Shown piece by piece: positions 24,431 through 35,399 of a stretch of DNA of 64,000 bases (position 1 is the stretch's first letter; the number at the start of each line of letters is the position of its first letter). The translations under genes were made by a program, and so were the position numbers. The DNA is taken from NCBI RefSeq assembly GCF_036321535.1, contig NC_087436.1, positions 33,048,001 to 33,112,000 on the forward strand, in the 5' to 3' direction. The notes under the pieces are model-generated. The model was not told the origin of the DNA, searched no databases, and worked only from the letters and a program-made list of their open reading frames with translations. Source of the stretch: Camelus dromedarius. Taxonomy: Eukaryota.

Positions 24431-25835
24431 ACATTTCACTGGCCAATTGTGTTTACACCTCGCATTTACAAGGTGATGCTGATTTTTTGACACTGTTGTA
24501 ATTGAAATATAATTAGAACATTAGATTCAGTGTCAATGATTTATTTTTAGTTTACAGAGCACCTGTTGTGGGTCAGATCTGGGCACCTACTGGGGATACA
24601 GCTTTAAATAAATAGAATGCTTTCACTTTACTTCAGGGCAGGGCCATCTGGGACTGGTTGCACCAGGTGTACCTGTTAGGCCTTATCCAACACACTCACC
24701 CTTTGAGAAAATCCTGGGATTGGCTTTTGTGACTTTTGTGTCTGTGAGAAAAGGCATGAAGAGTTGAAAGGAGAAGCTGAAAGAAGCAACAATTCAAACA
24801 GACTAGAAAAATGCAATAAAAGAACTACATAAAATTGATGGCATTGTTTGTTCACGTTTTCATGTCCTATTATTTTAGTCCTTTACATTAGAACATTAGA
24901 AAATCAATCAATCTTCCTATTTAAATTTAAATGGGATTTTGCAGTTCTGAGATTGTTACCAGCACATTCTCATATTGAAGATTCCTAAGTGTTAGCTGAC
25001 CTTATGTATTTCTTTATTTCTATTTAATTTTTCCTTCAATTGACATTTTGAGGTTATTGAGGCCCCAAATTCTGGCTCTGCCACTACCCCAAATTCCCTT
25101 TCTAATTATAATTCTCTATTTGTTTTGACTGTATCTCTCTCTCACATACACACACACAATTGAGGAGAAACTGATTTTTTAGACAGAGACCAAAATAACA
25201 AAATTGTTTCAAATATAAATTGCCTTTCATTTTCTGTAGGGAGACTCAACATTAAATTTAAATCACAAAAAGACTTGAAAATAAAAACTATACAATATTT
25301 ATCTAAATTATATTATAAATTATATGTGAGTATTTGGTACAATGTTATGTATGTTCTTCAATTTTGTACCTTCATGAGATTAGAGGTTCTTTTTAATTTA
25401 AATGTAGTACTTACCTGTGTGATAATGATTATTGTACATATTTGACTAGTGGGGTCATTATATTTTAAATGATTTATTTAGAATTTGTAAAGTTGCTCTA
25501 TGTTGGCATAGAGAAATTGGTCCATTCATGTGCCAATTCAAAAAAACCAATTTTATGTCATTTGTTTCAAGAAACTCTTAAGGTATTTTGAAATTATTTA
25601 GCTGGGATCAGCACATGTTAACTGAAGTGAATAATTGAGATATTTACCAGAATTACTCCAGAAAAGTATATTTTAATCAGCTGTCTATATATTTAACTGA
25701 TTTTTTTTACCTGTTTGACCCAATTATTTGGATAGTATTTTAAGTTTTTAGTATCAATTCCTATGTATAAGAATGCCGACATTTTTTTTTAGGATACATT
25801 TTTTTGAGCTGTTTTATTGATTTTTTCATATTTTT

Positions 25836-25971
25836 ATTCTTTTTTTGTTTGTTTTTTTGGGGAGGAGGGAATTAGGTTTTTATATATTTATAATGGCCGT
25901 ACTGGGGATTGAACCAAGAATCTTGTGTCTGCTGAGTGTGAGCTCAACTAGTGACCTATACCCTCTCCCCC
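25836..25971 (-). mobile_element. Camelid tRNA-derived SINE (Vic-1-like)
   Basis: Reverse complement reads GGGGGAGAGGGTATAGGTCACTAGTTGAGCTCACACTCAGCAGACACAAGATTCTTGGTTCAATCCCCAGTAC...AAACCTAATTCCCTCCTCCCC then an A-rich tail: Pol III A and B boxes plus the Vic-1 tail motif. Confidence 0.85.
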
Positions 25972-26359
25972 AACATATTTTTAAAAAACATACTTTTACA
26001 ATATATTTTTTACATCGTGTGGGACTCTATTAAAGGATCATTATTAAAATAAGTAAAATGAATAATTATCTCAAAGCTAAAAGGCAAGTATAAAGTGCTT
26101 TAGGAATATTTAATTTAATAAAATTAATACTATCTCACAGCCGAAAGATAAACTTGTATTGCTTTAGCAATAGTTCATTTAAGCTTTCTTTTCTAAATGT
26201 TCATTAAAAGAAAAAGTTTAGTAGGGGGTTACAGGAAGCTGTATCACTTGTTTCTATTCCCTTCAGCCTTCCTCTCAGGTCAATAAAATATTGGCAGCCA
26301 TATGTGCTGGTGAGGAAATGGGGCATGTTGATAAAACCTAGGAGACTTGCTTACTACAA

Positions 26360-27240
26360 TGTATCTGGGAAAGAAACACATTGGTTGAGGGACTTTTGGG
26401 TGATAGTAATGTACTATTTCTTGACCTAAGTGGTAGTTACAAAAATGTTCACTATTTAGTTATTCATTATGTTATATGTTTATACATTATTTAGGACATT
26501 AAACCAAAAACAAACAAATTGAGAGATGCTGATGGTATTTGGTGGGAAAATAATATAAAAATAGCAATTGCTTTATATTAGTTTATTACGTTTAATGCAT
26601 TTTTGGGCAGAATAGCTATGGTTTCAACAATTAGATAAAAGTATTTACAAAATTACATGAAAGAATGTCCTAGAATATTCAGGAAGTGTATGAAAAAGAA
26701 GAATATTAAGTGGAAACTTGCCTTGCTAATACTGAAACTTACTACTAAATCATTGTAATCAAAACAGCATGGCATTGGCACAGGAATATAAAAGCAGATT
26801 AGTTTAATGCAATAGGAATTTAGGCATAAAATCAAAGGCATTAGTAGATTTAAAATAATGGGAAAATTATAATACATTTTATGGAAAAAATATATTATTT
26901 AATGAGAGATGCTGACATAGTTGGTTATGTATCTGGCAAACACTAACAAAGCTGGGGTTTCAGAAGATCAAAGACAAAAACATAATAATAAACAATAAAT
27001 TGTATAACTGTTAGCCCAGTGTAGACAGAATTTTTCTAAACAAGATAGGAAACTAAAAAAAGATAAATATATGTGGGAATGAAGAACAAAAAATTGAATG
27101 TCAAAGTCAAAATGCAAATTATTGTCTGGGAAAAATACATTATCTTTAATAATTTGATGGTCAGTATTTTTAATATGCCAATGACTCTTGCAAATTGAAA
27201 AGATAAAAATCATATTTGAAAAAATGGGTATAAAATACGT
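26360..27240 (+). mobile_element. Very old L1 (L1M/L1ME) fragments
   Basis: 3' UTR piece 'gggacttttgggtgatagtaatgtactatttcttgacctaagtggtagttac' and ORF2 remnant 'tgtaatcaaaacagcatggcattggcacaggaata' (VIKTAWHWHRN). Confidence 0.65.
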
Positions 27241-27918
27241 ATGTATAGTATCTGTCCATATGGAATTATCCCAAACTTAAATTCACTATACTAGAGGTCA
27301 CATCACCATTTATGGTATTGAATTTAAGATACCATATCTATGTATGTGTTTGTTCATAGTTCACCCATTATTTTTATTTAAGTATAATCAACGTATAACA
27401 TTATATTAGTTTCAGGTATACAACATAATGATCCCATATTTGTATACATTGTGAAATGGTCACCGTGATAAGTCTGTTACCGTATATCACCAAACATAGT
27501 TACAGATTTTTTACTTCTTTTTCTTCTTGTGATGAAGACTTTTAATCTCTCAGCAACTTTCACGTATGTAATACAGTATTACTAACTATAGTTATTGTAC
27601 TGTATAGTACATCCCCATAGTTTACTTATTTAGAACTGAAAGTTTGTACCTTTTGATCCTTTATACCCATTTTTCCCATTCACCAACCCCCTCACCTCTG
27701 GCAACTGCAAATATGTTTTCTATGTCTATGACCTTGGTTTTTTTCTTTGCTTGTTTAGTTTTTTAGATCCCTCATGTAAGTCAGTTCATAAGGGATTTCT
27801 TTTTCTCTGTGTGATTTATTTCACTTAGCATAATGCCCTCAAGATCCATTCATATTGTTGCAAATGTCAGGATCACATTCTTTTTTATGGTCATGTAATA
27901 TTCCATTGTATATACTTT

Positions 27919-28123
27919 AAAATTTCCCCAATATCTGAAAGTAGAATGCTCCTATTAAACATCTCATAAGTGGAAATGGTATAAAGTGAAGAAGCAATTA
28001 CATTTTTTCATAAAATTAAAAATCCTCTTTGGATCTCTTTTCATTAATGAAAACAAATACTCACATAGGTCTTTAGTAAAAGTGAAGTGGTGAAAGCAAA
28101 CTTTAGAAAAGTGGGCATACTTG
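27919..28123. mobile_element. TcMar-Tigger-type MITE inserted into the L1
   Basis: Imperfect TIRs 'aaatttccccaatatctgaaagt' / 'actttagaaaagtgggcatacttg' followed by TA. It splits the L1 motif 'ttccattgtatata|taccacattttctttat'. Confidence 0.7.
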
Positions 28124-28454
28124 TACCACATTTTCTTTATTCATTCATCTGTAAGTGGGCAGGTAGGCTGTTTACGTATCTTGGCTATTGTGCCTTTCTC
28201 TATTTCTTCTTTTGCTTGGAGCCCTATAATGCAAGTGTAAGTCAGCTTGATGTTGTCTTGTAAATCCCTTAAGCTATTTTGACTTTTTAAAACTCTCTTT
28301 TTCTTTTTTGCTACTTTGAGTGCCCTGTCTCTGAGATCACTGATCCCTTTTTCTTCTTCATCTGATATGCTGGTGAACACATGAAGAGTATTTTTCAGTT
28401 CGGTTATTGCATTCTTCAGCAACAGGATATCTGTTTGGTACTTTCTTATATTTT

Positions 28455-28915
28455 CTTTTTTTTAAAATTAAATTCCCCATATTGTACATTTCATACCTGT
28501 GACTTACTTATTTTACAACTGGATGTTTGTACTTCTCAACTTCTCTTACCTATTTCTTTCCTCTTTCCAACACCCTCCCCTTTGACAACCACCTGTTTGT
28601 TCTTTGTATCTGTAACTCTGATTCTGCTTTGTTATTTTTACTTCTTTTTTTTTTTTTAAGATTCCATGTATAAGTGAAATCATATGGTATTTGTCTTTCT
28701 CTGACTTATTTTGTTTAGCATACTGTTCATCTATTGATGGGCACTTAGGATGCTTCCATATCTTAGCTGTTGTAAATAATGCTGCAGTGAACATAGGGGT
28801 GCGTATATCTTTTCTAATTAGTATCTTCATTTTCTTCAGATGAATACCCAGGAATGGAATTCCTGCTGGATCATAGGGTGGTTCTAATTTCAATTTTTTA
28901 TTAAAAATGAAATTT
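28455..28915 (-). mobile_element. L1 3' fragment nested between the ORF1 remnant and the 5' UTR of the host L1
   Basis: ORF 28546-28893 encodes the ORF2 C-terminus (TPMFTAALFTTAKIWKHPKCP...SEKDKYHMISLIHGI) and runs into 3' UTR sequence. Confidence 0.8.
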
Positions 28916-31765
28916 TTTTTTTTCTGGGAGATACTGGGGAGCTATTGTGAGGCAGAAAGAGTTGAAAAACAAGTCATCTCAGATGTATGTTTCCTGAGAG
29001 CACTTCTGTAGGCCTCTAAATGTATGGAAAGCCTGAAGCCTACCCCTTAGGCCAAAGCTCCAACAGGTAAATAGTCCTCTTTCACAGAAAGATTGGGGGT
29101 TTGTTTCAGTCTGCTGTCTGTGCAGTACCCAGGGAGTGATAGCCTGCCAAGAACTTGCTCTAATTGTCATAGTCCCGTGGGGCCCAGGAACGTAGGCCTC
29201 CCTGGTTACCAGAGCTAGGTAATCAAGGGTTTTCCCCTGTGTGGCAGCTGCAAAAACTGGGTCACCAGACATAAAAGCCAGGGTACCAGTTATGTGTGAG
29301 AGCTCCCCTATGAGAGATAGGGCTCTCGGGAGTGCTGCAGAGTGAAAAAGTGAAGATAATATCTACCTTCTGAGGTCACTTGAAAAGTTTACACTCAACT
29401 CATAAAGATATATTTCATTAAAAGCCTAGCCCTTAAGCTTCAATTGTGATGATAAGCCTAAAGGCCTCTGTCACAGGAAGACTGAACTCCTGGGGCTGCT
29501 GCATCTTGTTGTGCCCTGAGGGTGGTGGCTGTTTAAGTACTGTTTCTCCATTGGTTATATTCCTGTGGGGCCTGCAAGCATGAGCCCCACTGACCTCCAG
29601 AGCCAAGTGAGGTAGAGGTGTCCCCTGCCAGCAACTGCAGAAATTGGGGTGCCAGACAAGCCTATAAGCCTCTTTTGGGGATTTACTGGCAAGCCGGAGT
29701 GAGGCTGAGACAGGGTGCAAAGATCGTGTCTACCAGCCTCTGTTTCTGTAGAGCACCTCTGCGGGCCTCTAGGGTTGTGCTGTATCAGAAGCCTGCCCCT
29801 CAGGCTAAAGGTTCTGGACAAACAAATTGGCCTCTTTCTCAGAAAGACTGGGGGTGTGCTTCAGTCTGCTATCTGTGCAGTGCCATGGACATGGTAGTCT
29901 GACGAAAAACTCTCCAAATGTTACAGTTCGTGGGACCCAGGAACAGAAGCACCCCTTGGACTCCAGAACCAGGCACCCAAAAAGGGGATCCTCTGCACTG
30001 CAGTTGCAAAAACTGAGGCAACAGACATGTATAAAAGATCCCCTGCAGAAGATGCTCTTTCTGTGGGGTATGGCAGAAGGAGAGTTAGGAGATGGCACAC
30101 CTCATGGAAAAAAGAAAAAAAGGAGAAAAGAAAAAAGAGATGATTGTCGTCTGGCTTCAGCAAGGCTAAGGAGTACACCAAGATGGTGCTGCTGGTTGGG
30201 GTTAAAGATGCCAAGGGAAAAAATGTTGTGCCTACCGACTTTAGTCAGATAGAGGGACAGTGTGAAAATGGCACTGCCAGTGCCTCACTCCCTGGAGAGG
30301 ATCCCAATAAGCCTGTGCCCCACTGGTGGACACTTTAAGGTTAGCAAATGAAACTCTTTCGTACATAGTCTAAGTGCTTTTCAAACTGCTGCTTCTGCAT
30401 GGAGCCCTGGGGTGAGTGGTTCTCCATGCAGGCTCTTTAAGAGCAGATTCGCAGCTTGTTACAGACCTTTGGGTCTTGTCAACGTGAGCCCCATTGGTTT
30501 TCAAAACCAGATGTTTTGGGGGCTCATCTCTTCATGTCTAGGTCTTAGGAGTTAGGTTGACTGATGTGGAGAATGAACCCTTTGTTCCTCAGGGAGAAGC
30601 TCCAGTTTGTGAGTCTCCTCCTTATTGTAGGTTGCTGCACCCGAGGTGGGGTTGATCACAAGACTGCATCTCAGACTCTCCTACCCACCTCGTTGTGGCC
30701 TTTTCTCATTTGATTTGAAGGAGGAGTTCATCTAGTTTTCAGGCCTTTTTCAGAGAGAATTGCTCCATATGTAGCCATATGTATATCTTCTTGTGTTGCC
30801 ATCTTGGACCATATGTCTCCATTTATTCATTATTTTAAAACGTCAGATATAGAGAAGTACTGATAGTATTTCAGTTGAATATTGATAATGGATTTTTTGA
30901 CTTTTCCCACAACTGAACAATTATCAACATGCTTACCATGCCAATACATGGTTTTCCCAATAAAGCAGTGAAATAGCCAAAATTAAGTCAATGTTTTAGA
31001 AGGAATCATGCTAATAATCTTGGAATATGTGTAAGATATTTGATTCATCAGAAGGCTAAGGTTATTCCTTGGAGTGTTTAAAAATCTTCTAAATAGAAGG
31101 ATAAACATGATGTCTTATATGGGATAGCCTGAAGAATTGCAAAATGCTGTAATTGATATAATATAAATGAAAAATCACTTTTCTATTGAATGACAGAGAT
31201 CCAAATACAGTAATCTTGTCTATTTCATTTATGCGTGGTGTTTGACTAATATTGTCAAGATGGTGAAAAATATTGAAATATATCTATGGAATGAATTGTA
31301 GTCAAGTGAATTTTCACCCTGATAATGAAGTTTTGTTTTTGGCATATAAGATGTTCATAAGCAATGAAATAGTAATAGAGTAAATGTGTTTTCAAAATTA
31401 TTGATGATGACATTAAAGTCTTACTAATATATAAAATATTTAAAAGTTATTTCACAGAAAAAAAATTTTCCAATGCCATTCCTTACACCAGAAGCATAGC
31501 ACAAAGTGTGATTGCTTACTATATACGTTTTCAGTACATTTAGAACACTAGCACCAGATGTTTTAGGAATTCATTGCCTTATGCTGTGAAACCTCTTGAC
31601 CTAAGGAATGTAAGTGAAAGACTCAACAAATTAATGACTGTTATTTTTAATTTTATTGAAATATGATTTACCATTTGATAGATTATTTAATATATTGTGT
31701 AACAATCTCATTCTGCACATAGTAGGTGGCTCTCCAAAGTAAATTGTTTAAAATTCTAAAAATCT

Positions 31766-32822
31766 GGGAGGAGGAGATCAAGATGTCAGAGTAGGAAGAT
31801 ACTGAGCTCACCTACCCCCACAAACATATCAGAAATAAATCTACATGTGGAGCAATTTTCACGGAAAACAAGTTGGAGAGAAGCAGAGTCTTCTACAATC
31901 AAGGCTATAAATAAAGATCCACATGGAGTCATGTAGGAAGGGAAGAGAAGTGATCAGGGCAGGACCCACACCTCTAGGACAGGACACAGAAGACGAAGGG
32001 AATATCACAGGCTTGGATATCTTCCCTGGGTAATGAGGTGTTCAGATTGCATATTGAGCACACTAATCCTGGAGTCTGATACTGGGAAGATGAGTCCACT
32101 TAACTGGACTGAAAACCATTGGGACTTACAAGAGGGCTGTAAGACACTGAGCCCCACTCATGGAGAGTGTGCACATGCTTGCTTATTCCTTGGAGTAAGG
32201 TAGAGGAAGCAGATTGAAATCCTGTTTAAAGTCACATCAAAAAGAATAAAATACCTAAGACTAAATCTAACCCAAGAGGCAAAAGCTATTGAAAACTGTT
32301 AAGGCATTGATGAAGGGAACAGAAGATGGATGATACAAACAAATTGAAATTATCCTATGTTCATGGATTGGAAGAATTAATATTGCTAAAATGTCCATAC
32401 TGCCCAAAGCAATCTACAGATTTAATGCAATTCCTAAAAAAATACCCATAACATTTGTGATAGAACTAGATAACCCTAAAATATATGAAAGCACAAGAGT
32501 ACTTGAATAGCCACAACAATGTTGAGAAAAAAGAACAAAGCTGCAGATATCATGCTCCCTGACTTCAGACTAAACTACACAGCTAATGTCATCAGTACAG
32601 TATGATACTAGCACATAGATCAATGGAATAGAATAGAGAGCCCAGAAGGAAACCCACACACTCAATTGTTGGTCATTGAATCTACAACAAAGGAGGCAAG
32701 AATATGCAATAGAGAAAAGACAGTCTCTTCAGTAAGTTGTGCTTGGAAAACAAGACAAGTACATGTAAAAGAATAAAGTTAGAACATTTAATAAACTCAA
32801 AATGGATTAAAGACCTAAATGT
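31766..32822 (+). mobile_element. L1 5' UTR fused directly to an ORF2 (post-RT) segment; 3' end absent
   Basis: 5' start 'gggaggaggagatcaagatgtcagagtaggaaga...tgagctcacc'. At ~32220 it switches to ORF2 'tcaaaaagaataaaatacctaag...tgttcatggattggaagaattaatattgctaaaatgtccatactgcccaaagcaatctacagattt' ([22 protein letters not shown]), ending 'aactcaaaatggattaaagacctaaatgt'. Confidence 0.85.
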
Positions 32823-33662
32823 TACTTCTGTCTTGCTCGGTGTCTTTTCCTCTGATCATGTACAAATGAAAGTGATTATGTAATTTATCTTTACATGAGT
32901 TTTATTCTACTGTTTATATCAGTACTCTAATTTCCCAAACTTTTTGTACAGAATGGCTTTTCTTCTTTTCTTACTTTTAAAATTAGTCATTTTAAGTAGG
33001 TGTAAGCATTTAACTACTTCATGGTTTGGTTTAGGATAGTTATTCACAACATTTTATGTTGATATACTTATTTATTAGAAATACTTTCATTTCTGTCTGT
33101 ATATTACAACTTAAAATTATATGTGTAAATAGTTGATATTATCTATTACTTTACTTTGAAAATGGCGAAGAAATTACATTGAACTTCAGGATTGTGAAGG
33201 ATGTATTGCTAAATATTTCTAATGACAATTCAGCACACGGATAAGTTTTAAGATTATTTAGGAAAAATGAAGTGGGAAAATTTTTTTACATAGAAATTTA
33301 AATGAGACAATGAACAAAGTAGATCCAAAGACTCTATACTAAAACATACTAATATATAAATTTGTAATCTGAAAGAGGGTTGAAGAAACTCTTTGTAACT
33401 GAGTAAAAACAAAAAAAGAGTAATTTATTTTAAACCAGGACCAAAGTTATGTATTTGGGCAGAAATAAGACTGGGGTGCCAGTTTTGAATTCCTGATTAA
33501 AATCTTCATTACATTTGTATGCCTGATATGCATAGTCTGTTGCTGTTTCAGTGATCATTCTCATTAACAGTATCAGTCTAATTAAAAAAGACATAAAACA
33601 CTTGTGAGGTTAAAATGTAGGTACAAGTCAGATATTGAGTAGAATATTGGTTATGTCTCCAC

Positions 33663-34113
33663 TTTGGCAGCCATGAAAATGCACCTCACAGAACTCCAAC
33701 TGCAGGTGTATAATTGACAGAAAGCCCCAGGTGCCCTGCTCTGAAATCTATGAAAGTATTTTCACAGAGGCCCTGCTCTCCATGGGCTCCTGCTAGTCTG
33801 TATCGGCATGGAGGGACACTAAGACAGGCCTGTTCCTTGCAGACACAGGACTTCTCTTATGGGTGACTGTGGCTCAGACTCCCTGATAGTCTTGTTGAAG
33901 GTTCCTTGATCTGCAGGGCAGTCTAGGATGCTTCCACCAAACCTTCCTTTTGTCTCCCCTTCACTTGGAATCAGGCTTGTATCAGGTCTTGGTGCCTCTT
34001 CCAGCTTCCCCTTGCTCCCTCCCCTTCTCCGCACACAGACATTTTCCTTAATAAAATCCTTACATGTTTAATCCCATCTTGGATCTGCTCTCTAGGAGGA
34101 CTTGGACTAATAC
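33663..34113 (+). mobile_element. ERVL LTR16-like (LTR16C) solo LTR
   Basis: 'ggcagccatgaaaatgcacctcacaga', 'gcagtctaggatgcttccacc', 'aataaaatccttacatgtttaatcccatcttgg...ggaggacttggactaatac'. Confidence 0.8.
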
Positions 34114-35399
34114 TTCCCCTTATTTCAATGAAATTGCACATTAAACTGGTCTCATAAAGGTCTAACCCAAATAGGATTTTTGAGTGTTTTTAATTTCTTT
34201 GACCTTTAGAGTAATTATTTCAGGTGGTAGTTTTAAGCCTTTGTTCAGTCTCTAAAGGAGTCTAATTACATCCCTGGGATGGCAAACATCACTCATGATT
34301 ACATGTTTTGGCTTAGCATAGTAGATTCTATCTTTATGTCTTTTTAAAAGTAGGGGGCAATGCCTTTTTGGGTTAACTACTAAAGCCATTAGTAGTATTA
34401 GCCATTCATTACATACACTGACGTTTATATAGTTTTAAATTACGTTGATGGTATTAGGAGCTTTTTATGATGGTTGCTCTGAAATGGAAGATTGGACTGT
34501 AAGATGTCATTATTTTTCTCAAAGCAGTGCAGATTCGCACTGTATTTGATGGGACAGGAACCATCAAGTTGAATTTAGGTGGAAACAAAAGCCTGAATGA
34601 GGTAGAGGTATTTACAAATAAAAATATTCTCTTCAATTGGAAAATTAAAGCAATTATTTTATTAGTCTGTCTGGAGTTCTCAGGAGAATTTTGAACACAT
34701 TTTAGGAAACCAAATCATCTGTTTTAATAGTTTTTTTTCTTATGATTGGTAACTTACATTTTTTTTCAGTGTCAGTGAAATACCCTCATTGTTCCTTTCT
34801 TCCCAGATTAATATATATGTCAGGAATACAGTGATGAATTTAAGTGAGATGGTAAATGTATATTTGAGGGAATGTAAAGTTAGGAAAGTTCTTAGAGGTT
34901 CATGAGGTTCAAGAAAGAGAATTGATCAGAAAGCATTCATGAAATCAGTTTTAGTTCTGTAGTTATTTAAAGTCACCTCTTAAATCTACTGTCTGGGAGT
35001 AGGAAACAGCAAAAGCAAAAGTCTGCTATATGGTGTAAAAGAGAAAATGGCTTTAGCTCATAACATTTAGCTTTTAACGACTCAAACGTCCTTAAGCAAT
35101 GAGCGATAGTTGAAGGGAGTGAGGTTGTTTCAAATCCAGGTGTGAACAATGTAGTTATGTTATGCTAGACTAACTCTGATTTATTGAGTATTCTTCATAT
35201 TAATAGCATATTAATTTTTAAGAGCATAGTACTGATTTTATTAAATTATGTTCATTATGGAATGTAAAATTTAATGAAAAACTACTTGATTCCATTATTT
35301 CTTTCAATGAATGGTACTCATTTTCTGTTGTTCTTCATGCTTCCTAATATCTAGGTGAATATTATTTATGTAATACGAGTGCATGTCTCCTTAAAATTT

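Larger units (their letters stand above)
27375..30821 (-). mobile_element. L1 with both termini but a large internal deletion (5' UTR, partial ORF1, ORF2 end, 3' UTR), carrying nested insertions
   Basis: 5' end reads GGAGACATATGGTCCAAGATGGC on minus (~30820). GC-richer 5' UTR at 28920-30820. ORF 28141-28422 joins the ORF1 coiled coil (KNAITELKNTL...SLRDLQDNIKLTYTCIIG...EEIEKG) to the ORF2 end (TIAKIRKQPTCP). 3' UTR runs to ~27375. Degenerate TSD 27360-27374 / 30822-30836. Confidence 0.75.

Noticed and set aside
25900..25971. tRNA gene
   Set aside because: The tRNA-like A/B boxes belong to the Vic-1 SINE head; there is no intact cloverleaf.
28979..30338. Dense cluster of overlapping ORFs
   Set aside because: Explained by the GC-richer L1 5' UTR having fewer stop codons.
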